Positions 41,390-49,364 of a stretch of DNA of 51,722 nucleotides are shown here, piece after piece (position 1 is the first letter of the stretch; every line of letters starts with the position of its first letter). The notes under the pieces were generated by a model. That model was not told the DNA's origin. It saw nothing but the letters and a program-made list of their open reading frames with translations, and made no database searches. The stretch lies in IMG/VR virus record IMGVR_UViG_3300029728_000017. The stretch is one strand, 5' to 3'. The stretch is from a virus. A program made the position numbers and the translations under genes.

Positions 41390-42582
41390 CTTAACTCTCT
41401 CCTAAGTACAGTCTGGCATAGGTACCTGCACTGATCCATGCTGTGATCGTTCTCTTTGATGACCTTATCTTCTGCCGCTTCTGAATCCCAGCTATAAAGC
41501 CCAAACTCCTCAAACGTTTTCACGCAGCTCTCGTGGAATTTCAGCTTCCCGGCCTTGAGTAGCGCACCCGTCAGCCGAATTCCGTCCAACACGGCATTGT
41601 TGGCGTTCCACACGGGAAACTTGCCATGTCGCCGTATGCACTCCGCAAACGATGCGGCGCTGGGGTCAATGATGATCCGTTCGATCTTGTACCCAGCCGC
41701 AAAGCGTTCCAGGTCTTGGTAATATTCTTCATCCGTCTTCTGCCGGTTGGTCTTGCGCCCGCTGTGATAGTATTCCTTCTCCATCACAGCCTCGCCCTTG
41801 TGTACGCGCCACAGGCCAAACACTGTGGGATTCTGCGTACCGTAGTCGCAGCTGATGTAATACGTCCCCGGCCCACCGCGTTCACTTGTCACATTGACCC
41901 CCCGGGAAAACATAGGATATACCAGACCTTCGGCAATCACCCACAGCCCCCGGATATACCTGTCGTAGAACACGCCGGAAAACATTGCTTGATAGCGTTC
42001 CAGCGTTTTTTGAGATAAGCCAGGGTTGTCCGTCATTTCAAAATGCAGATACAGCGCGTTTCGCTCCTTGTTCCGCCGTATCCACTCTGTATAAAACCAG
42101 TGCTGCGGACTTCCCGGGTTACAGGAAAACCACAGCTTCGCACCGGCTACGGAGCAGCGGGTCAATGCCTGTTCCACAAACGAGCGCGGCATCAGAACAA
42201 CCTCGTCCAGCAGCACACCCGCCAACGTGCGGCCTTGGATCAGCGTATAGCTGGCCTCGTCCTTGCCGCCGAACACCTCAAAGTAATTCGTTACGGCTCC
42301 GCGCCGCACCTCAAGGATTTTGTCAGACCGCCGCCACCGGATAATATAACGCTCCTTCGTCAAAGACATGGACGTAAACGGAACGACTATGTTCTTCACG
42401 CACGAATCCACTGTCTTTCCGCAAATTCCAAACCTCTGTCCACTGAAATTTTCCGTCGCCCACTGCACAAACGCCCACATCATGATAGACGTTTTACCGG
42501 AACGCACAGCACCATCACAGATCAGCGCATCATAGTTTGTGTATGGAAAAGCCAGTATCTTGGCCTGCTTTCTGCTAATCAT
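41386..42582 (-). CDS. terL: Terminase large subunit (PBSX-type)
   Basis: ORF track, 398 aa. It has the Walker A CDGAVRSGKTS and a nuclease-domain C-terminus. Confidence 0.92.
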   Translation of the reverse strand: MISRKQAKILAFPYTNYDALICDGAVRSGKTSIMMWAFVQWATENFSGQRFGICGKTVDSCVKNIVVPFTSMSLTKERYIIRWRRSDKILEVRRGAVTNYFEVFGGKDEASYTLIQGRTLAGVLLDEVVLMPRSFVEQALTRCSVAGAKLWFSCNPGSPQHWFYTEWIRRNKERNALYLHFEMTDNPGLSQKTLERYQAMFSGVFYDRYIRGLWVIAEGLVYPMFSRGVNVTSERGGPGTYYISCDYGTQNPTVFGLWRVHKGEAVMEKEYYHSGRKTNRQKTDEEYYQDLERFAAGYKIERIIIDPSAASFAECIRRHGKFPVWNANNAVLDGIRLTGALLKAGKLKFHESCVKTFEEFGLYSWDSEAAEDKVIKENDHSMDQCRYLCQTVLRRELR

Positions 42583-42997
42583 CGCCTTGCAAGTCCTCCG
42601 CCAGTTCCCTCAGGCTTTGACTCAGCGCGTCATCCTTTGCGGTATCAGCAGGAGCGCCGCCAATCATGGCCCACTTGTCGATCACCGTGCCCATCGCAGT
42701 GGTAATTTGGCTCAGATTTGCCGCCGCCAACTTATCGGGGTCATTAAGCATTTCAAGCCCCTTGCCAATAAAGGAGCACACCATGTCTTTATGCGCATCC
42801 ATATACGCCAAAATGTCGGCGGTATTCTCCTCTTTTTTTTGCTCGCACTTTTTCACAATGTCCAAATTTGCAAGAACAATGTTCTTGACAGTTGTAGCAG
42901 AAACTCCATTTATTTTCGCGGTGGCGCAATAATTGTTCGTCTGCACATAGTCCGCCAGTATTTTCTTTTTCTGCCGGTCTGTCAGACGCGCGGCCAT
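42575..42997 (-). CDS. terS: Terminase small subunit
   Basis: ORF track, 140 aa. It has the N-terminal HTH YCATAKINGVSATTVKNIV and overlaps terL. Confidence 0.8.
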   Translation of the reverse strand: MAARLTDRQKKKILADYVQTNNYCATAKINGVSATTVKNIVLANLDIVKKCEQKKEENTADILAYMDAHKDMVCSFIGKGLEMLNDPDKLAAANLSQITTAMGTVIDKWAMIGGAPADTAKDDALSQSLRELAEDLQGDD

Positions 42998-43016
42998 TGT
43001 CCCCCACCTCTTTTGT

Positions 43017-43247
43017 CTATTCTTCTCCCTCTATCCGCTCGCCATCCACACGCACCAAACTCCGGAAACAACGAAAGTCATCGCAATACCCGCAAGTCGC
43101 GGCAATGTCCTGATGCTCTTTGTCCTTGTGCAATTTGCAGCCAATAGGCCCACCAGGTACACGTTTGCCGTCAACTACTACTGTGCCGTGTTTGACGTGG
43201 GTGCAGAAGTCACAGCATGGTGTGCAGTCTTTACCGCAGAGAATCAT
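43017..43247 (-). CDS. Cys-rich small protein
   Basis: ORF track, 76 aa. Contains CGKDCTPCCDFC and CGYCDDFRC. Confidence 0.65.
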   Translation of the reverse strand: MILCGKDCTPCCDFCTHVKHGTVVVDGKRVPGGPIGCKLHKDKEHQDIAATCGYCDDFRCFRSLVRVDGERIEGEE

Positions 43248-43612
43248 TTGCCATCCTCCTCTACCAACTCGCTATCCACCTGTATCAAGTCGTGGCTGCT
43301 GTCGCCTACATAGAAACGCGCCGTTTTGCCGTTTACCGTGCAGGTGCATATACCGTATTCCTTGGATATGATCTCCGCCGCTACATCAGACGGAACGCAG
43401 GTGATCCGATAGCATACAAACGTCTGCGAATGTTCTTTCCCTTTGATGTCGCGGTATCTGTCGTGTAGGCTATATTTGACCAGCAATGCCTTAATGTGCC
43501 GATCCAGTTCGTGGATGTAGACATCAAGCGCACCGTCTGGCGTTTCGCCTTTTTGCATGATTATGTTGCAGTGCATATCATTCTCCCAGAATACCGCTGA
43601 TTGTGTCAGCAT
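43244..43612 (-). CDS. Hypothetical protein
   Basis: ORF track, 122 aa. Confidence 0.7.
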   Translation of the reverse strand: MLTQSAVFWENDMHCNIIMQKGETPDGALDVYIHELDRHIKALLVKYSLHDRYRDIKGKEHSQTFVCYRITCVPSDVAAEIISKEYGICTCTVNGKTARFYVGDSSHDLIQVDSELVEEDGK

Positions 43613-43820
43613 TTGCCTTGATGATATCCATCACGATGTCGGACTGGATATTGTGCGCAAAAACGGCCTTGTCCGTCGCGTCTGCATTATAATAGCCGGT
43701 GAACACCGTGCCGTCTGCTTTTGTCGCTGCAAAGCAAATACAGCAAGGGTCAAGCCCTGCAATAGTTGCTATGCTTTCTTCAAGCCATTTGGCGTATGGC
43801 TGCTTTGTGATATCGTCCAT
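43578..43820 (-). CDS. Hypothetical protein
   Basis: ORF track, 80 aa. An SD GAGGAG lies upstream. Confidence 0.7.
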   Translation of the reverse strand: MDDITKQPYAKWLEESIATIAGLDPCCICFAATKADGTVFTGYYNADATDKAVFAHNIQSDIVMDIIKANADTISGILGE

Positions 43821-44445
43821 GCTGTTCTCCTCTTTGTTCGGCTTCCCGCTTAGATTGTCACGCGCTCATGCCCGCTTAAGGCCCCGCAAGCATCTCAAGC
43901 GCCACCGTTCGGTCATGGCAAGGAGGACGCATCCTCACGCGCAGTTTTCAGCGAGCATTGTCATTTCCACGTCGGGCATGCCGATACGCTCCGACATTGT
44001 CCGGGCGCTACCCGGCCTCTGGTGCGGCATTGCAGTCCTGCCCTGCTTTAGCGCTTCAAGGGAAAAGCCCCCGCCACTCGCTGTGGTCTCCCCTTACTGG
44101 GCACCTATGCCGCGTATTGGGCGTTTTCTTTCGGCTTCCGCCTATCCGCCTTGAGGAATACGCACAACCCTTCGGAACTCCACGGTAAACGCATGGCGGA
44201 GCGCCTACCGCTTCAATGTTCTGGCACACTTTCGGGCGGGACGCTATGCCACTTGCCTGCGGTAGTGCCGCACCGCTTTTTTCGTCGCGGATTCCGTCTC
44301 TACAGGCTCCGTATTGCCCAGCCGTTTTCTATGTGTCGGCACACTGTGACCGGATGGGAGGCGCGACCTCCCGCCCCTGATCGTGGGGTATCTCACGAAG
44401 TCCGGCGTATACCCGTCATATACCGCTGGCGGGAAAGCGGTTGAA
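43821..44445 (-). ncRNA. Candidate large structured ncRNA (ROOL/GOLLD-like class). The strand is not settled.
   Basis: About 625 nt with no credible ORF, GC-rich, with many short perfect helices. It is directly adjacent to a tRNA-like gene. See the findings. Confidence 0.4.
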
Positions 44446-44529
44446 TGGAGGCATTGGCGGGAATCGAACCCTGCATCGTCCATCGGCGGCAATTTCCGCC
44501 GTGCGCTCTTCCAACTGAGCTACAATGCC
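44446..44529 (-). tRNA. tRNA-like element of 84 nt with encoded CCA and a non-canonical anticodon arm. No anticodon can be assigned.
   Basis: It reads GGCATTG-TA-GCTC-AGTTGGAA-GAGC-G-[CACGGCGG-AAATTG-CCGCCGaTG]-GACGAT-GCaGGG-TTCGATT-CCCGC-CAATGCC-T-CCA. The acceptor stem and D arm are perfect, but the anticodon arm is an 8-bp stem closing a 6-nt loop. Confidence 0.6.
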
Positions 44530-44716
44530 GTGTGTGCCCGCCGCCGTGCAACGACGGGCCACAGAAAGGAGAATGAAAAATGAATGCAAGCAAGATGATG
44601 AATAGGAGGTGTCATAGGGTCTGCACGTCCCCATGACTATTGTACCACACTTTTTGCAATGTTTATAGTGCAAAAACGCGGATTTTCTAAAGTAGTTATT
44701 CTAATTAAACACTTTT

Positions 44717-45301
44717 TCACACTTCCTCGAAATACTTCACATCTCCGATGCTGCAAACGTAAATCTGCCCCTCGTGGTATTCGCTGTGTCCGGCGATCTG
44801 GGGATTATAAAACACCGTCGCGTTGCCGATGTCGGTAAATGTTTCGCCGTATACAAACACCTCGCAAAAGGCGTTTAGCGCCGCGTCAGACACCCAGCTT
44901 GCTGGGGTGGTGTACTGATACTCCCTGCATACGTCCTCCGGCGTGTAGCGGTTCCTGTGGCGATTGCAAGCGTTAAACAGGGCTTGTACAATGCCACGGC
45001 ACTGGTCGGCATCGTTTCCCGCTTCTGCCGTGACAATCTGAAGCACCTTCGACACATCGTAGCCGAAGGTCTCAAACTCTCGGTCCGTTCCGATGGCTGA
45101 AATCACCGCCTCCGCGCTTTTCTCCGCTTCGTCCGGGTCTTCGTATGCTTCTTCGTGCGGGCCGCCCTCGATCACCAGAATCGTGCGCTCCTCGTGTTCC
45201 GGCCCCTTCTCAGAAAAGCCTGTCAGCACCACCAGCGCCGCCGCCAGTATCAGCAGCACCCACGCAGCGGCAATAATGCGGTCATTTGTCGTTGGTTTCA
45301 T
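44717..45301 (-). CDS. Membrane-anchored SleB-like cell wall hydrolase (putative)
   Basis: Met 56 of ORF 44717..45466. It has the TM helix IIAAAWVLLILAAALVVL, and IVQALFNACNRHRNRYTPEDVCREYQYT resembles the Hydrolase_2 family. Confidence 0.5.
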   Translation of the reverse strand: MKPTTNDRIIAAAWVLLILAAALVVLTGFSEKGPEHEERTILVIEGGPHEEAYEDPDEAEKSAEAVISAIGTDREFETFGYDVSKVLQIVTAEAGNDADQCRGIVQALFNACNRHRNRYTPEDVCREYQYTTPASWVSDAALNAFCEVFVYGETFTDIGNATVFYNPQIAGHSEYHEGQIYVCSIGDVKYFEEV

Positions 45302-45314
45302 TTGTTTTATGACG

Positions 45315-45548
45315 CTATTCCTCCTTTCTCTCGCCGTATGAGCAGAAATCGTCATACCCGCTGGCAACCATCCGACAAGCGTATGTTTTGAACTTGCGGC
45401 AATCGCGGCACCGCACCACTGACTCCACATCAGCCGGGAACATATCCGCAAGTGCACGCTTGGCATCCGCCATGGTAGCCGTGGGCATTGTCATTTCTAT
45501 ATAGGTCAGCCGCGCAATCGCTACGGACTGGTCAATGTATTTCGCCAT
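45315..45548 (-). CDS. Hypothetical protein
   Basis: Met 6 of ORF 45315..45563. The start overlaps the upstream stop (TGATG). Confidence 0.6.
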   Translation of the reverse strand: MAKYIDQSVAIARLTYIEMTMPTATMADAKRALADMFPADVESVVRCRDCRKFKTYACRMVASGYDDFCSYGERKEE

Positions 45549-45673
45549 CACTCCACCTCCCATTTCAATTCTTCATACAGTTCAGCAAACCGCTTGTTCC
45601 ACTTCCGCATGCCGCGGAATACATACACGGCAAGTGCAATCCAGATAATTGATGCAATATCACTCATGCTCAT
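45548..45673 (-). CDS. Small single-TM protein
   Basis: An internal Met of ORF 45548..45754 lies 9 nt after GAGGAGG. Sequence MSMSDIASIIWIALAVYVFRGMRKW. Confidence 0.5.
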   Translation of the reverse strand: MSMSDIASIIWIALAVYVFRGMRKWNKRFAELYEELKWEVE

Positions 45674-45953
45674 GCTCATTCGCCTCCTCAATCCGCCCCG
45701 CCAGCCGTTCCAACTTGTACTGGCGGTACTTGTCCACAGTCTCCTTGCAGTCAAACAGAATCACCAACTGCTGAAGCATGATCTCCACGTCGGCGATCTC
45801 CTCCGCAATGTGCGGGGTGTTCTCCTGCCCTCTGCTGTTTTTGCAAAGCTCCTTTGTCGGTTCGCTCATTTCCTCGATGGCCATTGTCACCTGTAATTCC
45901 TTCCCGAAGGTTTCCAGCGCCGCCTGACAAATTGCGTTATCGTGTAGTATCAT
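45660..45953 (-). CDS. MazG-like nucleotide pyrophosphohydrolase (putative)
   Basis: ORF track, 97 aa. LQVTMAIEEMSEPTKEL...IAEEIADVEIMLQQL shows the EExxE...ExxD helix pattern. Confidence 0.55.
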   Translation of the reverse strand: MILHDNAICQAALETFGKELQVTMAIEEMSEPTKELCKNSRGQENTPHIAEEIADVEIMLQQLVILFDCKETVDKYRQYKLERLAGRIEEANEHEHE

Positions 45954-46810
45954 TTTGCGGTCACCACCGTATCAGCGCCCTGTACAGTCACCCAGCCATG
46001 CTTGAGACGCGCCTCCGCTTCCTTCATCTGGATTAGCTCCGGCGTAATGGATTCCGCAATGGTCTTGTTGGCTTTTGCCTCAGCTTCCGCCTCAATGATC
46101 TTTACAGCAGCCTCAGATTCAGCGATAACGCGATTTGTTTCTGCCTGCGCTTCCGCCGTCTGTTTGGCAAGTTCTGCGATCTCTGCATCCTGCTTGGCCT
46201 GCTCTTTTGCCCGTACCTTTTCCTGCAACGCGGAATCCAGTTCCACGTCAATGATCAGGGCACTGGACACGTTGATACCATACTCGGTACTAAGTTTCTC
46301 ATTCAGGTAGTCGGTAATAGCCTTGTTTACCTCTGACTTTTTGTCGGAATAGATGTCCATAACGGAGAATCTGGGGGTAACTTCCTTCACATAGGCAATA
46401 ATGCTGTTCTGCACGCGACCCTCTACAATGGCCTCTCCGTCCATGCCGTTAAATTTCTCGTACAGGCTCACCACGCGGTCAGGCAGGAAATTGTAGTTGA
46501 CCGTCAGGTTAATGCCCACCATGCCGCCGTTGGCAGGGGCATCAATATGCCAATCTGCATGTTCGTCTGTGTTGTAGTCAGATGGATCGTCGGAAAAAAC
46601 AATCTGCTGCTGACTAACGGGAAACTGCTTGACGTGCTTCAATGGTGATAGCCAATGCCAGCCCTGTGTCAGCGTGTTTTGCTCCACGCCCTTTGCGGAA
46701 TACACAACGCCCACATAGCCCACCTTGATTCTTGTCAGGCAGATGATGCAGAAAACAGCAACAACCACCGCCAGCACGGCGGAAACAGCAATAGCGATAC
46801 CTTTTTTCAT
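45950..46810 (-). CDS. SPFH/band-7 (prohibitin/HflC-like) membrane protein
   Basis: ORF track, 286 aa. It has an N-terminal TM helix, an SPFH-like core (VGVVYSAKGVEQNTLTQGWHWLSP) and an Ala/Glu-rich coiled coil. Confidence 0.8.
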   Translation of the reverse strand: MKKGIAIAVSAVLAVVVAVFCIICLTRIKVGYVGVVYSAKGVEQNTLTQGWHWLSPLKHVKQFPVSQQQIVFSDDPSDYNTDEHADWHIDAPANGGMVGINLTVNYNFLPDRVVSLYEKFNGMDGEAIVEGRVQNSIIAYVKEVTPRFSVMDIYSDKKSEVNKAITDYLNEKLSTEYGINVSSALIIDVELDSALQEKVRAKEQAKQDAEIAELAKQTAEAQAETNRVIAESEAAVKIIEAEAEAKANKTIAESITPELIQMKEAEARLKHGWVTVQGADTVVTAK

Positions 46811-47115
46811 GACTTTTTACCTCCAAAAATGTTATAAATTACGACAAACGATACGCCAAATACAATGATGAATAGTGTGATAATCTCTTTCATCTTTTTT
46901 CCCTCCGGCGTACTTAACGCCGCCAGATTAAACCGCAGCCCCTCATTGGCCTGCCGCAGCGCTTCTATCTCCCGCTGCTGGTTCTCGATCAGGTAGGTGG
47001 CGAGACCCGCCATTTTTTCAATGCAGTCTGGGTCGTCAAGTCCAATCGGGCATTCATTACATCCCGCTTTTTCGGCACAGCACCGCAGCGCGGTCACGAT
47101 CTCATCTCTTGTCAT
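46807..47115 (-). CDS. Cys-rich protein with a C-terminal TM helix
   Basis: Met 12 of ORF 46807..47148 lies 6 nt after AAGAGGAGG. Contains ALRCCAEKAGCNECP...DPDC and ends IITLFIIVFGVSFVVIY. Confidence 0.65.
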   Translation of the reverse strand: MTRDEIVTALRCCAEKAGCNECPIGLDDPDCIEKMAGLATYLIENQQREIEALRQANEGLRFNLAALSTPEGKKMKEIITLFIIVFGVSFVVIYNIFGGKKS

Positions 47116-47128
47116 GTCATTCCTCCTC

Positions 47129-48001
47129 TTACCCAGTAAATTCTTCAAAGCTGCACGACTGGAACGCCGCCCGCATATTTACCCATCGTGCAAGGCGCTT
47201 CTGTTCGGCAGTCGGCTCTCCGCCGTCGTAGTCGCGGTACGGCTGGGCAAACGGCTCCACGCCCATGTCCCGCAAGGCAAGAATGCGCTTATAGCTTTCC
47301 TCCACATCCTGCACAAGTACATAGCACCAAAAACGCCACGGCCGCACACCCGCCTCTTCCAGATACGCCGTGGCCTGTTTGATTACCGGCAGCATGGTAG
47401 AGGTGTCACAGCTCATGCGGACAAACCTGATCCATTTCAGCCCTGCCAACAGCTTTGCCGTCTGCGGCGTGATGAGCCGTGCGTCCAAGCCCTGATTAAA
47501 GTCCACCCGCACATTCTCATGCCCCATGCGCTCGATCTGCTCTAAGCCGTGGTCGTGCGCCAAAACGTTGTTGTCCATGAAAATGATGTCCCGGCTGTCA
47601 GGGCGTTTTACTTCCTCCCATGTTGCCGCCGGTCGGATAAGCCCTTCTTTCTTCGGCACGATGCACCAAGGGCAGTTGCGGATGCAGCCGCGTGTTAGAA
47701 AGCCGATGGCCGGTTTCCACGCCGGATACAGCGAGTAGTCAGGTCGCATTCTCTCTACCTCGTCCGGCAGAGCGCCGTAATCCTTGTAGCCTGTGCCGCC
47801 TGTAATAATCTCATCGGCATTGATGCAGGTATCCACATCAGGGGAAAACGTAAAAACCTTACTCATGTACACCCGGTCATAGTGTTTGAACCCGTCCCAC
47901 CACTCCACGCTGTCACAACGGGCTTTGTAGTAGGCAGACAGCCGCATCAATGCGAGGTTCGGAAAGTTGTGACCGTCTACGTCGATCAATCCAATGTTCA
48001 T
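47129..48001 (-). CDS. Radical SAM enzyme
   Basis: ORF track, 290 aa. It has a CX3CX2C cluster in FLTRGCIRNCPWCIVP. The start lies 3 nt after the stop of 91-aa gene copy 2. Confidence 0.8.
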   Translation of the reverse strand: MNIGLIDVDGHNFPNLALMRLSAYYKARCDSVEWWDGFKHYDRVYMSKVFTFSPDVDTCINADEIITGGTGYKDYGALPDEVERMRPDYSLYPAWKPAIGFLTRGCIRNCPWCIVPKKEGLIRPAATWEEVKRPDSRDIIFMDNNVLAHDHGLEQIERMGHENVRVDFNQGLDARLITPQTAKLLAGLKWIRFVRMSCDTSTMLPVIKQATAYLEEAGVRPWRFWCYVLVQDVEESYKRILALRDMGVEPFAQPYRDYDGGEPTAEQKRLARWVNMRAAFQSCSFEEFTG

Positions 48002-48004
48002 GTC

Positions 48005-48280
48005 TCAATCTCCAAACACAACGCCGCACTCGTCCTTCAGCATATCCTTGATGTGCTTCCGCTTGATGCGGCCTTCGTTTATCTCCTCTGCCAGCTTTTC
48101 CAGGCACTCATACAGATACGCGATGCTCTGCGTGTCCCGGCTGTCCGATGTCTCCTCAAAGACGTGCCAGCCGCATTTGTCCATCAGCACCATTGCCACC
48201 ATGTCCATGTTCTCCTGTGTGCCTTGCAGCTTGCCACGCATAAAGATGCGGTCGTCCCTGCTCAAATGCTGTTTACCCAT
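48005..48280 (-). CDS. Hypothetical 91-aa protein, copy 2 of the duplicated gene (paralog of 688..963)
   Basis: ORF track. Its protein matches copy 1 at 83 of 91 residues, and the DNA similarity begins and ends at the ORF boundaries. Confidence 0.8.
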   Translation of the reverse strand: MGKQHLSRDDRIFMRGKLQGTQENMDMVAMVLMDKCGWHVFEETSDSRDTQSIAYLYECLEKLAEEINEGRIKRKHIKDMLKDECGVVFGD

Positions 48281-48281
48281 C

Positions 48282-49364
48282 TCAATACCTCACTCCTATG
48301 TAGTCCAGCACCCGCGCATAGCCAAGGCCGTCTTTCGTGGGTTTCCACAGCCCATCCGTGTCGAATGCCCCGCCGCCGATGCAGAACGCATAGTGCTTCG
48401 GGTGCGTGTGCTTCATGCACTCAAACCGGTTTTCTCCTTTTTCGAGGTGTGCCCCGAACGCGCAAAACATGCACCCCGTCCTCTGGCACCCCGTGCAATG
48501 CAGCGGCTTTTCGATTAGCGTTGACGGATAATCATTCTCGCCGTCGCTCGCCACGATGTTGCCGTATACGCTGCAATACGGGATGTTTTCGTCCTTTAGG
48601 AACGCAAGCACGTCCTGTTCTGTCCAGAAGCTCATAGGCTTGCTCATGGGGCGCTTGCCGTCAAAGGCGTTGCAGCCCGTGCGCTTCCACTCTTTTTCTC
48701 GCTGCTGGCTCTCGCTCGCCATCATCGCGGTAAATGGCACACATCCGCTCGTAGCTTCGTATCGCTTGGCGGGTGCTTTTTTCATCACGTCGCAGCATTG
48801 CTCGCTAATGCGGAACGGCGCATCCTTGAGATAATGCCACTTGTCCGCCAGTTTCATCGTCGAGCAGTAAACGCCCTTCCGGTTGTATCCGGTCAGATAC
48901 AGATTGACCGTTGCATCGTTCTGCCCGTGCGCGTTTTGTAAATCGCGGATAAAGCGCGCCTGTTTTTTGCCGATGACGGGATACCCGTGCTTTGCTATGA
49001 CCTGCCGAATGTTGAGCTTTGGCCTCAGCCGCACGAGCTGCACCTTGATCCGCGGGAACTTCCTTTGCAGCCAATCCGCGTACTCATTGACGAATTTCTG
49101 AATTTCAGGGTATTCCAGCCCTGTGTTCACAAACACCAGATTCAGCTCCCACGGCGGTGTCCTGAAGCTCGACAGGTACCGCGCCGCCAGATACGCCAGC
49201 ACCGTGCTATCCTTTCCGCCGGAGAAACTGACGTAGCACTGCCCGCCCCATGCGGTGTACCATTCGTCTAGCTTTTCGTAGGTCAGTATCTCCTTGTCCT
49301 GCACGTCCAGCGCCATCAGTTTCTTCGCCGCTTCATTCGTCAGCGGCTGATTGATTGGCAGCAT
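48282..49364 (-). CDS. PAPS-reductase-family PP-loop protein (DndC-like) with a C-terminal Cys cluster
   Basis: ORF track, 360 aa. It has the PP-loop VSFSGGKDSTV and the C-terminal cluster HCTGCQRTGCMFCAFG. Confidence 0.8.
   Translation of the reverse strand: MLPINQPLTNEAAKKLMALDVQDKEILTYEKLDEWYTAWGGQCYVSFSGGKDSTVLAYLAARYLSSFRTPPWELNLVFVNTGLEYPEIQKFVNEYADWLQRKFPRIKVQLVRLRPKLNIRQVIAKHGYPVIGKKQARFIRDLQNAHGQNDATVNLYLTGYNRKGVYCSTMKLADKWHYLKDAPFRISEQCCDVMKKAPAKRYEATSGCVPFTAMMASESQQREKEWKRTGCNAFDGKRPMSKPMSFWTEQDVLAFLKDENIPYCSVYGNIVASDGENDYPSTLIEKPLHCTGCQRTGCMFCAFGAHLEKGENRFECMKHTHPKHYAFCIGGGAFDTDGLWKPTKDGLGYARVLDYIGVRY

Noticed and set aside
44566-44640. Tiny plus-strand ORFs (10 and 18 codons) after an AAAGGAGAA sequence
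   Set aside because: They are too short and unsupported, and they sit in the putative leader of the tRNA-like/ncRNA transcript on the opposite strand.
43699-44673. Seven overlapping track ORFs of 66-151 aa in the large gap
   Set aside because: They overlap one another on both strands. They are rich in Arg/Pro/Ser/Cys, lack ribosome-binding sites, and several run through the tRNA-like element. The region is treated as non-coding.
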